Below are positions 26,715 to 35,346 of a stretch of 64,000 bases of DNA, piece by piece. How positions within the stretch are numbered: the stretch's first letter is position 1; each line of letters starts with the position of its first letter. This DNA is from an uncultured Chloroflexia bacterium. Its GTDB lineage: Bacteria; Chloroflexota; Anaerolineae; Anaerolineales; UBA4823. Below the pieces are notes generated by a model. It saw only the letters and a list, made by a program, of their open reading frames with translations, had not been told where the DNA came from and ran no database searches. The stretch is taken from NCBI GenBank assembly GCA_963827155.1, contig CAWGZV010000002.1:2689592-2753591 (forward strand). Direction: 5' to 3'. The translations under genes and the position numbers were made by a program.

Positions 26715-28219
26715 CCGGCGCCACACTCACGATCCTCGGCACCAGCTCGTCGGCAGGCAAAAGCTTGCTGGCGGCAGCTTTCTGCCGGATTTTCGCACGG
26801 CGCGGCCTGCGTGTTGCGCCATTTAAGGCCCAAAATATGTCGAACAACGCAGCAGTCTGCCCGGACGGGAGCGAGATTGGCCGTGCCCAGGCTGTCCAGG
26901 CGCTGGCAGCGGGAGAGCCACTGAGAGCGGATTTCAATCCAGTCCTGATCAAACCGGAGGCAGATGCGCGCTCTCAAGTGATCGTACTAGGACGTCCTTA
27001 TAAAACTCTGGAAGCAGCGGTCTACTACCAACACCGGGAGATGCTATGGGAAACGGCGCGCGGATCGCTTGACCGCCTGCGAGACGGTTTCGATCTGGTG
27101 ATCATTGAAGGCGCGGGCAGCCCGGTGGAGCTCAACCTGAAAGCAGGCGATATTGTCAACATGGCGATCGCGAGATACGCCCAATCGCCGGTATTACTTG
27201 TCGGAGACATCGATCGAGGGGGGATCTTTGCCCAGCTTCTCGGGACGCTTTGGCTGCTCGAGCCTGAGGAACGAAAGCTGGTAGGCGGCTTGCTGGTGAA
27301 CAAATTCCGGGGCGACTCAGCCTTGTTCACGGAAGGGATCAAGATCCTTGAGGAACGGGGCGGCGTACCTGTGTTGGGGGTGATCCCTTACCTGAAGGAT
27401 CTGCGCATTCCCGAAGAGGATGCCGTCGCATTGGAAGCAGCCGATAAAAGAACCGCGAGCGCCGAGGGTTTGATCGATATTGCGGTCATCCACCTGCCGC
27501 GGATCTCGAATTTTGATGATTTTGACCCGTTCCTGGCAGACAATGGAGTCCAGCTCCGGTATGCCCAGAACCCTGCGGAGCTCGGCAAACCGAAGGCGAT
27601 CATCATCCCAGGAACTAAAAGCACGACCGCAGACATGGCGTGGCTGAGATCCAGCGGATTGGCAGACCATATTATCAGACACGCACGTGATGGCGGTGCG
27701 GTGGTCGGGATCTGCGGCGGCTATCAAATGCTTGGCAGGTATGTGCACGACCCTCAGATGGTGGAATCTAATTCGGCGGTGACCGCCGGATTAGGGCTAT
27801 TGGATTCTGAGACGGAATTTATGGTGGAAAAAACTACTCACCAGGCTAGCGCTGTCGTTCGCGGCGGACCGGGCTGGCTGAGGGCGCTGGCTGGTATGCG
27901 GCTCAATGGATATGAAATCCATATGGGGAAAACGGTCGGGCACACGCCCTGGCTGCAGATCGAGCGACGAAGCGAACAAGCGGTCGAAGAGCCAGACGGC
28001 GACTGCAGCCGCGATGGAAAAATTTGGGGATGCTACCTGCACGGTTTGTTCAGCAACCGACGGTTCAGGCACGGCTGGCTGAGCAGCTTGGGGTGGGAGG
28101 CGCCATTTAAAGACATAGACAGCGTGCTCCCAACCTCGGATCCATTCGATGCACTGGCCGATGCGGTGGAAGAAGCAGTGGATATGCAGCAATTGGAGGC
28201 ATTGATTTGGGAAAACTGA
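26711..28219 (+). CDS. cobQ: Cobyric acid synthase
   Basis: The conserved N-terminus LTGATLTILGTSSSAGKSLLAAAFC lies upstream of the first canonical start (TTG 26765). The only plausible initiator is CTG 26711, overlapping the cobC stop (CTGA) with GGAGGA 4 nt upstream. The rest of the protein is typical CobQ (APFKAQNMSNNA.., GATase domain GICGGYQMLG). Confidence 0.8.
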   Translation: MTGATLTILGTSSSAGKSLLAAAFCRIFARRGLRVAPFKAQNMSNNAAVCPDGSEIGRAQAVQALAAGEPLRADFNPVLIKPEADARSQVIVLGRPYKTLEAAVYYQHREMLWETARGSLDRLRDGFDLVIIEGAGSPVELNLKAGDIVNMAIARYAQSPVLLVGDIDRGGIFAQLLGTLWLLEPEERKLVGGLLVNKFRGDSALFTEGIKILEERGGVPVLGVIPYLKDLRIPEEDAVALEAADKRTASAEGLIDIAVIHLPRISNFDDFDPFLADNGVQLRYAQNPAELGKPKAIIIPGTKSTTADMAWLRSSGLADHIIRHARDGGAVVGICGGYQMLGRYVHDPQMVESNSAVTAGLGLLDSETEFMVEKTTHQASAVVRGGPGWLRALAGMRLNGYEIHMGKTVGHTPWLQIERRSEQAVEEPDGDCSRDGKIWGCYLHGLFSNRRFRHGWLSSLGWEAPFKDIDSVLPTSDPFDALADAVEEAVDMQQLEALIWEN

Positions 28220-28764
28220 CATTGATCCTGGGCGGGGCGCGCAGCGGGAAATCAACCTACGCCGAAAAGCTTGCTCAAGAGCGAGGAAAGAGGGTCGCAT
28301 ATATCGCTACGGGGCAGGCGCTCGATGAAGAAATGACAGCCCGGATAGCGCACCATCGTCTCGTCCGGCCGGCGGCATGGATCACACGTGAGCTGCCGGC
28401 AGGTGTTGGACGGTCATTGATTTCGAAGCCTCCAATGACCGAGGTGATTCTCCTGGACTGTCTGACGCTGCTGGTCTCCAATCTGATGATGCAGCCATCA
28501 GAGATGGAAGCCGAAATCGATGCAGCCGAACTGGAGCGGAGAGTAGATCTGGAAATCGACGAGCTGATACAGGCGATCCATTCGATCCCGGCGGATTGGA
28601 TTGTGGTATCTAATGAGGTTGGGATGGGGTTAGTGCCACCATACCCGCTCGGCAGGCTCTATCGAGACCTGCTGGGTCGAGCAAACCAAAGAATTGCGCA
28701 AGAAGCAGAAGCCGTAATTCTGATGATCGCCGGGCTGCCGATGCGGCTTGCACCGTTAGAATAA
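28207..28764 (+). CDS. cobU: Bifunctional adenosylcobinamide kinase / adenosylcobinamide-phosphate guanylyltransferase
   Basis: LTLILGGARSGKSTYAE (P-loop), YIATGQALDEEMTARIAHH and VSNEVGMGLVP are typical of CobU/CobP. Confidence 0.85.
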   Translation: MGKLTLILGGARSGKSTYAEKLAQERGKRVAYIATGQALDEEMTARIAHHRLVRPAAWITRELPAGVGRSLISKPPMTEVILLDCLTLLVSNLMMQPSEMEAEIDAAELERRVDLEIDELIQAIHSIPADWIVVSNEVGMGLVPPYPLGRLYRDLLGRANQRIAQEAEAVILMIAGLPMRLAPLE

Positions 28765-28978
28765 ACAAGCAGGTTGATTTATCAACAGGCAGGGGGACTC
28801 AGCCAAATTTAGCAAAAAGCCCTTAATTGGGCATCAAAACCTCAGGTGAGATGTCATAAGCATCTGAGGAGATGCGTCACTTGTGGGAATTAACGGCATC
28901 GCCTATGATCGGGTTTTATTGTCTACAGAGGACTAATAACTGAGGGCTCAAAACAGCCTTGATATTCTGGAGGAATGT

Positions 28979-29179
28979 ATGTACGTCATCACAATCGACA
29001 TCGAGAAATGCGAAGGGTGCGGAGACTGCGTGGACGGCTGTCCCAACGAGCTGTTTGGGATTGCAGAAGAAAATGGGAAGAAATATGCGATGGTTGCCGG
29101 AGACCCGGAAGAATGCATCGGCTGCCTGTCCTGTGAAGCCGGCTGCGATGAAGGGGCGATTACAGTCACAGAACTTTAG
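28979..29179 (+). CDS. 2x[4Fe-4S] ferredoxin
   Basis: 66 aa with CEGCGDCVDGCP and CIGCLSCEAGCD cluster motifs. RBS GGAGGA lies upstream. Confidence 0.85.
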   Translation: MYVITIDIEKCEGCGDCVDGCPNELFGIAEENGKKYAMVAGDPEECIGCLSCEAGCDEGAITVTEL

Positions 29180-29199
29180 CTCGATATAATAATCATCGA

Positions 29200-29231
29200 T
29201 AAAAATGGTGCAGCGGTATAACCACTGCACC
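29200..29231 (-). terminator. Intrinsic terminator downstream of arsM (possibly bidirectional)
   Basis: Hairpin GGTGCAGCGG-TATAA-CCACTGCACC (29207-29231; 10 bp with 1 mismatch), followed on the minus strand by TTTTT (29201-29205). Confidence 0.6.
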
Positions 29232-29245
29232 TTCAGGTCGGCTCC

Positions 29246-30694
29246 CTAACTACAGTTACATTTTTTCTGCGCTGAAAGGGTCAGGCTATACAGCTTGACT
29301 CCTTTGCTGATCTCTACCGCCTGACTGCGTCTAACCTGGACGATTTCAAAGCCTGCCTGGCGGACAAGATCGAGGTACTCGGTTTCTGGCAGGGCACCGA
29401 AGACACAAGAGCCCCAGTTATCCGGCTCTTCCCGGAAATCTGAAGGGAATGATCCATCGGTGACCATGTCGCTGATCTCCAGCCGCCCGCCGCACCTTAA
29501 TGCCCGGGCTGCTTCATTAAAAACTATTCCTTTATCTTCGGTCAGATTGATCACGCAGTTCGAGATGATGACATCAACGGAAGCCAACTCAACCGGAAGC
29601 CCCTCTGCCTGCCCCTGACGGAACTCAACATTGGCGATGCCGCTCTTGATGGCGCTCTGACGGGCACGCTCGAGCATTTCCGGAGTCATATCCACGCCGA
29701 TCACCTTGCCGGTGGTCCCAACCTTTTTCGCGGCCAGGAATGCGTCTAATCCACCGCCGCTGCCAACGTCCAGGACGGTCTCACCAGTTTTTAGATTGGC
29801 AATTGCGACCGGGTTTCCACAGCCCAACGCAAAATCCGCAGCTTCGGCAGGCACAGCGAGACGATCATCAATTGTATAGCCTTTTTCAAAAACATCGACA
29901 CTCGATGCCAGGTCATCCAGGGAGATCAGATCACCCGTCCCGCAGCAGCTGCTTTCCGAAGCTGAATTCGATGAACAGCATCCCGTCCCTCCGACAGCAA
30001 GCCCGGCGTAATGCTCCTGGACCGCCTGGCGAGCGCCGCTTACGCGGCGTGTCCCTGAGGCAACGAAAACGCCGATTTTCGCTTCATGAATGGATTGGGG
30101 GTCTTGATCAACACCCTCCGAAGCCGCGCAGCAGTCCTCACCGGTGCTGTCGATAATCACATTAACAAGGCCAGCCTGGCGATACCAATCTCGAAGCTGC
30201 ATGCGCTGAAATCCCAACCAGACGTCTGCCATTTCTGCCTTCATCCATTCGTTGGTATGAGCATCCATATCGGTGATTACCAGCCTGCCGCCCGGACGCA
30301 AGAGGCGGATCATTTCCTGGATCGCCGCCAGAGGATCGCTGGTGTGGTGAAGGTACATGTTGGCAAAGACGGCGTCCAGGCTGGAGTCTGGAATCGGCAG
30401 GGTTAAACCGTCCGCCAGGTGGAAGGTCAGGTTATCGAACGATGCCAGATTTCGGCGGGCAACATCCAGCATTTCAGTCGAGCTATCAATCACATGGACT
30501 TCACGCACCAAGTCGGTCAAACCAGCGGTCATGAAGCCCGTTCCCGCGCCGATATCGGCAACGATCATTTCCGGACGCAGGTAAGCTTTGGCGATCGCAG
30601 CCTTGCGAACCGCCTCGGTGAAATAAGCGGAGCGCATCTCATCCCATTTCGAGGCGACCGCATCAAAATAGCTAGAGGATTCAATTGCGGACAT
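29246..30694 (-). CDS. arsM: Two-domain SAM methyltransferase: N-terminal class I MTase fused to a C-terminal arsenite methyltransferase (ArsM)
   Basis: N-domain VADIGAGTGFMT...LRPGGRLVITD. Linker GGTGCCSSNSASESSCCGTGD. C-domain LGCGNPVAIANLKTGETVLDVGSGGGLD, ISNCVINL and NWGSCVFGA carry the three conserved ArsM cysteines. Confidence 0.8.
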   Translation of the reverse strand: MSAIESSSYFDAVASKWDEMRSAYFTEAVRKAAIAKAYLRPEMIVADIGAGTGFMTAGLTDLVREVHVIDSSTEMLDVARRNLASFDNLTFHLADGLTLPIPDSSLDAVFANMYLHHTSDPLAAIQEMIRLLRPGGRLVITDMDAHTNEWMKAEMADVWLGFQRMQLRDWYRQAGLVNVIIDSTGEDCCAASEGVDQDPQSIHEAKIGVFVASGTRRVSGARQAVQEHYAGLAVGGTGCCSSNSASESSCCGTGDLISLDDLASSVDVFEKGYTIDDRLAVPAEAADFALGCGNPVAIANLKTGETVLDVGSGGGLDAFLAAKKVGTTGKVIGVDMTPEMLERARQSAIKSGIANVEFRQGQAEGLPVELASVDVIISNCVINLTEDKGIVFNEAARALRCGGRLEISDMVTDGSFPSDFREEPDNWGSCVFGALPETEYLDLVRQAGFEIVQVRRSQAVEISKGVKLYSLTLSAQKKCNCS

Positions 30695-30720
30695 TTTGGA
30701 GTCTCCTTAAGACCAAATTC

Positions 30721-30736
30721 ATCGTAAATATACGAT
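30721..30736. promoter_or_regulatory. Palindromic operator-like site ATCGTA-AATA-TACGAT upstream of arsM
   Basis: Read directly. It lies 27 nt upstream of the arsM ATG (30694). Confidence 0.5.
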
Positions 30737-30770
30737 ATAAATATTAAAAATATTAGCGCCGTTTTCCGGA

Positions 30771-31100
30771 TTATTCCAGCCATTCAACGGTGCAGCAGCC
30801 AGGCAGCCAGCTTTCGATTTGGTCCTTCAGCCAGCGGATATTTTCCACATCCAGGCAGTAGCAAGTCGCAGGACCATCGATCTCACCGCGGATCAAACCG
30901 GATTCCTTAAGCACTTTCAAGTGCTGGCTAACCGTCGATTGGGCTAGCGTGGTGGTATCGACGATCTCCGCGGTAATGCAGGTCTGGCGTTCGGCGAGCG
31001 TCTCGACAATCCGGAAGCGGACCGGATTTCCAAGCGCTTTGAGCATCTTCGCCAGGCGAAGTTTTTCTTTGGGAATAGAGGTTGATTTGGCTTGATCCAT
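30771..31100 (-). CDS. arsR: ArsR/SmtB family metalloregulator
   Basis: LKALGNPVRFRIVETLAERQTCITAEIV...STVSQHLKVLKESGLI. A C-terminal Cys pair is present (LPGCC). Confidence 0.85.
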   Translation of the reverse strand: MDQAKSTSIPKEKLRLAKMLKALGNPVRFRIVETLAERQTCITAEIVDTTTLAQSTVSQHLKVLKESGLIRGEIDGPATCYCLDVENIRWLKDQIESWLPGCCTVEWLE

Positions 31101-31112
31101 ATTCGACGCTTT

Positions 31113-31147
31113 ATCGTATTTTTACGATTATATCGTAATTATACGAT
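31113..31147. promoter_or_regulatory. Two adjacent palindromes, ATCGTA-TTTT-TACGAT and ATCGTA-ATTA-TACGAT, upstream of arsR
   Basis: 31113-31128 and 31132-31147, read directly. They lie 13-47 nt upstream of the arsR ATG (31100). Confidence 0.55.
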
Positions 31148-31356
31148 GATTCGATAAGCTGTCAAGAGTTAACTTTAATTTCGCCCGCAACATCTCAACT
31201 TTGGGAGCTCCACCGAGCCCGATTGGAGTCGAATAGAAGCGACAACTCAAGTGATAGTAAGAACACAGCTCATCCCATAAGTCTCGTCCATCGATGGCTT
31301 TTCTTAGATTCTCAACCGCCAATCGCCAAGAGGGCCATCCATCAAAATACAATTAA

Positions 31357-31758
31357 TCAATTTTGATGGGCCTCCAAGAGAGGGATTAGCTCACGCTCGA
31401 TATCCTCCCACAATTTGCGAAAATCTGCGATTAAGCCAGTTTTTGCCGGATCAGGAAAGCCGTGGTGAACGCGGATCCCTTTACCAAACCAGAGCGGGCA
31501 TTCCTCCGCAGCCGAGTCGCAGACGGTGACGACCAGATCGAAGTCGGTATGATGGAATTCATCCACCAACTTCGACCGACCTTGATGATCAATCCCATGC
31601 TCTTCCAGCACACGAACCGCCATCGGGTGCACAAAACCTGCTGGTTTTGTGCCGGCGCTGAAAGCCTGCCATTCAGAACCCAGGCGAGCGTTGACAATAG
31701 CCTCCGCCATTTGAGAGCGGCAGGAATTACCAGTACAAAGGAAGAGGACTTGCTTCAT
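31357..31758 (-). CDS. arsC: Arsenate reductase (thioredoxin-coupled, LMW-PTP family)
   Basis: VLFLCTGNSCRSQMAEA (CX5R P-loop) and VVTVCDSAAEECP carry the conserved Cys triad. Confidence 0.85.
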   Translation of the reverse strand: MKQVLFLCTGNSCRSQMAEAIVNARLGSEWQAFSAGTKPAGFVHPMAVRVLEEHGIDHQGRSKLVDEFHHTDFDLVVTVCDSAAEECPLWFGKGIRVHHGFPDPAKTGLIADFRKLWEDIERELIPLLEAHQN

Positions 31759-31785
31759 TTCGAAATAACTTGAGGAAGAGGGTTA

Positions 31786-32895
31786 TCAACTGGTCTGGAG
31801 ACTGCCTACAGGCGTTTTTAACCCGTAATAACGCCTGCCGAGCCAGAAAGCAACATTCACCAACCCGATCATCACTGGCACTTCAACCAGCGGACCGATC
31901 ACGGCTGCGAAAGCCTGACCCGAGTTGATGCCAAAGACCGCCACTGCTACTGCGATCGCAAGCTCGAAGTTGTTGCTGGAAGCCGTAAACGAGAGCGTGA
32001 TATTCTTGGGATAATCTGCGCCTGCCGCCCTGCCCATAAAAAAGCTCATGAAGAACATGACCACAAAATAGATGAGCAGTGGGATCGCGATCCGGATCAC
32101 ATCGAGCGGAATGGTGAGGATCAGCTCGCCCTTCAGGCTGAACATGACCACGATCGTGAACAGCAGCGCGACGAGCGTAATCGGGCTGATCTTTGGGATA
32201 AAGACCTTCTCATACCACTCTTTTCCTTTTCGCCGGATGAGCACAAAGCGGGTGATGAAACCAGCCAGGAATGGGATGCCGAGGTAGACAAAGACGCTTT
32301 TGGCAATCTGTGAAATCGTGATATTGACTACAGCGCCTTCTAATCCAAGACGGGTTGGCAGCACGGTGATGAAAATATAGGCATAGATGCTGTAGAAAAA
32401 GACCTGGAATAGGCTGTTGAAGGCTACCAGACCGGCGGCATACTCGGTGTCGCCGTGGGCAAGCTCATTCCAGACAATCACCATGGCGATACAGCGCGCC
32501 AGCCCGATCATGATCAGCCCGATCATATATTCAGGGTAATCATGCAGGAAGATGACCGCCAGGATAAACATCAAGATCGGACCGATCACCCAGTTCTGAA
32601 GCAGCGAGAGGCCGAGGACTTTGCGGTTGCGGAAGACATCGCCGAGCTCTTCATAACGGACCTTGGCAAGCGGCGGGTACATCATCAGGATCAAACCGAT
32701 CGCAATGGGGATGTTGGTGGTGCCCACCGATACCGCCTGGTTAATGCTTTGAACGGCTTCAGGGAAAATATAACCAATCCCAACGCCCACCGCCATGGCG
32801 AGGAAAATCCACAATGTCAAGTAGCGATCCAATCTGGATAGTTTCTTGGAAACGCCTGCACGCTGACTGGTTTGGGAAATCGAGGTTTCTGCCAT
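31786..32895 (-). CDS. acr3: ACR3 family arsenite efflux transporter
   Basis: 369-aa polytopic [37 protein letters not shown] and [14 protein letters not shown] are ACR3 signatures. Confidence 0.85.
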   Translation of the reverse strand: MAETSISQTSQRAGVSKKLSRLDRYLTLWIFLAMAVGVGIGYIFPEAVQSINQAVSVGTTNIPIAIGLILMMYPPLAKVRYEELGDVFRNRKVLGLSLLQNWVIGPILMFILAVIFLHDYPEYMIGLIMIGLARCIAMVIVWNELAHGDTEYAAGLVAFNSLFQVFFYSIYAYIFITVLPTRLGLEGAVVNITISQIAKSVFVYLGIPFLAGFITRFVLIRRKGKEWYEKVFIPKISPITLVALLFTIVVMFSLKGELILTIPLDVIRIAIPLLIYFVVMFFMSFFMGRAAGADYPKNITLSFTASSNNFELAIAVAVAVFGINSGQAFAAVIGPLVEVPVMIGLVNVAFWLGRRYYGLKTPVGSLQTS

Positions 32896-32923
32896 GTCAT
32901 TCTCCTCAGGTGTGTTGGTCTGT

Positions 32924-33175
32924 TCAGTTTTTTTCGAGGGCGCTTGTGATCCAGGTGGTTACTTCGCCCGGAGACGGCACCCGCCCCTGGCAGACGATGT
33001 GCTCATCGATCACTAACCCTGGAGTGGACAGAATGGAATACTTGAGCATCTCGTTATAATCGGTGATTTTTATAACTTCCGCCTGAACGCCAAGATCGGC
33101 GATCACTTTATGGGTGATCTGCTCCACCCGTTTGCAGTTTTCGCAGCCCGAACCAAGAACTTTAATCGTCAGCAT
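32924..33175 (-). CDS. Thioredoxin-fold small redox protein (redox-active disulfide protein 2 type)
   Basis: [17 protein letters not shown] (CxxC), 83 aa. This type commonly partners with the adjacent permease family. Confidence 0.7.
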   Translation of the reverse strand: MLTIKVLGSGCENCKRVEQITHKVIADLGVQAEVIKITDYNEMLKYSILSTPGLVIDEHIVCQGRVPSPGEVTTWITSALEKN

Positions 33176-33246
33176 GGGGTTCTCCTTCGATTCCTTTCGA
33201 TTTTAATCATTTCTCTGTTATGCCAGAAATTCTAGTAAGAATTGCT

Positions 33247-34722
33247 CTAATCTGCAGATGCGGTGCCCGGCGAGAGACTGGTATGGTGGGTGATCCACCA
33301 CAGCAGGATTGCCAGGAGCGCAACCGTTCCACTCAAAATGAGTAAGATCAAGACAAGGCTGACACCATCCACCCAAAAACCGTAAGTCAAGCCGGCGATG
33401 GTCGAGAATAGTGCGACCCAGGCGACATAGGTCCAGGCTTTCTTTTTGCCGATAATCGCGGCGATGATCAGGATGCTCTGCAAACTAAGCTCGGGATCTG
33501 CCATCAGATAGGCGAGTAGAGGGCCGCGATGCATCCCCAGGCTGAGAAACATCCTGGCGATCGGGACTTCCACCAGGGTGGGGAAATACATAAAGACACC
33601 AAAAAGGACACCTGCCAGGTTGCCCAGCAGCGTGTTTTGCCCTGCGAGGGTTTCGATCCATTCCGGGCGGATGATCGCGCGCATCACACCAACCCCAAAA
33701 ACTCCGACAACCAGCAGTGGAAAGATCATCTTGACGAAACGCCACGATTCCCATAATACGTCGCGCAGCTCATCCTCGGTGAGCCGACTGTGCATCATCC
33801 AGCCCAGTGCGATCAGCCCGATGAGCACAGCCAAGAATTTTCCGGTGATCAAGAGGTCAAGGCTGCCCGGACGAGGCTGTACCCCCAGCGCAGCGAACAG
33901 CAGGGTAACTCCTACCAAACCTAATGCAATCCAGGTCCAGCGGTTGAAACCCATATGTATCTGTTCAAAGCCTTTCCAAGATGCGATGCCAATAAGAACC
34001 AGCAGACCAATCAAGACGGCTCCCTGGGCAGTGACGCCCTCCTCCCCCCTGGCTGGATCAAATGGCACGATTCGATAGAGGAATTCCTGAAAGCTTGCTG
34101 CTCCGCTGATGGGGAGACTGAAATGGACATATGAATTGGTCAGCAGACCTACTTTCAGGGTCCCGGATATCAGAAGCGCAACAAGAGTCAGGAGGAAGGC
34201 TAAGGAAGGACGGCGCATGCTGGTTTTCCCACCTGAATCAAACATATCGTCTGCAGAGCGATCGTGGGCGATATCAGACCGGCTGAATAGCAGCGCCATG
34301 ATCAATCCGATACTGATCCCGAAGATTAATGACAAGATAAGGCGGGCGAAAGCCAGATCCGGCCCAATCACACCCCCGGTATAGACCAAAGCCAGGATAT
34401 TTGCGGCTGGGGCGAAGAACAAGAAGGTAATCGCCGGACCTATTCCTGCTCCTTTTTTATGGATTCCGGCAAAAAGCGGGACGATTGTACAAGAGCAGAC
34501 TGCCAGCAGCGATCCAGCGAGAGCGGCGGCTGGGTAAGAGATGATTTTTGGGGCGCTGCGGCCTAAATACCGAGTAATTGATCCCTTTGGAATCAGTGCG
34601 GTCATCGCGCCGGCAATATAAAACGCCGGAACGAGACAAAGCAACACGTGGGCGGCAAGATAAGCGGCAAGATTTCCCAGCCCGCTCTGCAGCAACTTTT
34701 CTAAAAATTGGAAAATTTCCAT
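33247..34722 (-). CDS. Permease of the ArsP/DUF318 type (two-module, 491 aa)
   Basis: Polytopic. N-terminal CSCTIVPLFAGI motif typical of this permease family. A central hydrophilic insert is present. Confidence 0.6.
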   Translation of the reverse strand: MEIFQFLEKLLQSGLGNLAAYLAAHVLLCLVPAFYIAGAMTALIPKGSITRYLGRSAPKIISYPAAALAGSLLAVCSCTIVPLFAGIHKKGAGIGPAITFLFFAPAANILALVYTGGVIGPDLAFARLILSLIFGISIGLIMALLFSRSDIAHDRSADDMFDSGGKTSMRRPSLAFLLTLVALLISGTLKVGLLTNSYVHFSLPISGAASFQEFLYRIVPFDPARGEEGVTAQGAVLIGLLVLIGIASWKGFEQIHMGFNRWTWIALGLVGVTLLFAALGVQPRPGSLDLLITGKFLAVLIGLIALGWMMHSRLTEDELRDVLWESWRFVKMIFPLLVVGVFGVGVMRAIIRPEWIETLAGQNTLLGNLAGVLFGVFMYFPTLVEVPIARMFLSLGMHRGPLLAYLMADPELSLQSILIIAAIIGKKKAWTYVAWVALFSTIAGLTYGFWVDGVSLVLILLILSGTVALLAILLWWITHHTSLSPGTASAD

Positions 34723-35141
34723 TATGCTTCTTTACCGATCAGCCCGCCGGACCCAGACACTGCAACAGGCTGTTCGCCAGGGAGAACAGTGATCACAGCG
34801 CATTTTGGACACGGGCAGTCGTTAGCTGGATTGTTGACCAGAACCGGCCTCCGCTCAGGGGATTGCTCAGGAGAGAGGAGATCTGAGACGGCATCAATCA
34901 CATCATAGATACCAGGCATAATCACGCGATAGAAGATATTCCAACCATCGCGGCGATCCTGAATAATCCCAGCGCTGCGCAAGACAGTGAGATGCTGCGA
35001 AATATAAGATTGGCGGTATCCAAGGAATGTTTCGAGGTGGCAGACACACTGTTCCCCATCCCTGAGAATATCCAGAATCTCCAGACGGACTGGATGATTT
35101 AGGACTTTCAACAGCTTTGCGTGTGGAACAAAATCAGGCAT
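34722..35141 (-). CDS. arsR: ArsR/SmtB family regulator with a CVCHL site and a Cys-rich C-terminal extension
   Basis: LKVLNHPVRLEILDILRDGEQCVCHLETFLGYRQSYISQHLTVLRSAGII. The tail carries NDCPCPKCAV. Confidence 0.8.
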   Translation of the reverse strand: MPDFVPHAKLLKVLNHPVRLEILDILRDGEQCVCHLETFLGYRQSYISQHLTVLRSAGIIQDRRDGWNIFYRVIMPGIYDVIDAVSDLLSPEQSPERRPVLVNNPANDCPCPKCAVITVLPGEQPVAVSGSGGLIGKEA

Positions 35142-35346
35142 TAGAACAGCTTTCTAGATAAACATGAATGCTTTCTCATAAGAGGAAGAAACCTCGATTT
35201 TAAAAGCCACGCTATCATATTCAATCATTCGAATATTATTATAAGCCAATGCTCAAGGTTGTCAGGATATCATTCGTCACTATCACGACCTGACAATCTT
35301 CCGACAAAGGGGGATTGCTAGATTATTAGGCTGCGTCTAACACGAA

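Noticed and set aside
28840-28880. Imperfect hairpin (CCTCAG..AGATG-TCATAAG-CATCTGAGG) downstream of cobU, as a terminator or riboswitch
   Set aside because: The stem is interrupted, there is no U-tract, and I recognise no conserved riboswitch core.
31128-31352. 74-aa ORF between arsC and arsR (MYFDGWPSWRLAVENLRKAIDG..)
   Set aside because: It has no RBS and no recognisable family. Its 3' end overlaps the arsR operator palindromes. It could be a gene remnant, but I cannot support it as a gene.
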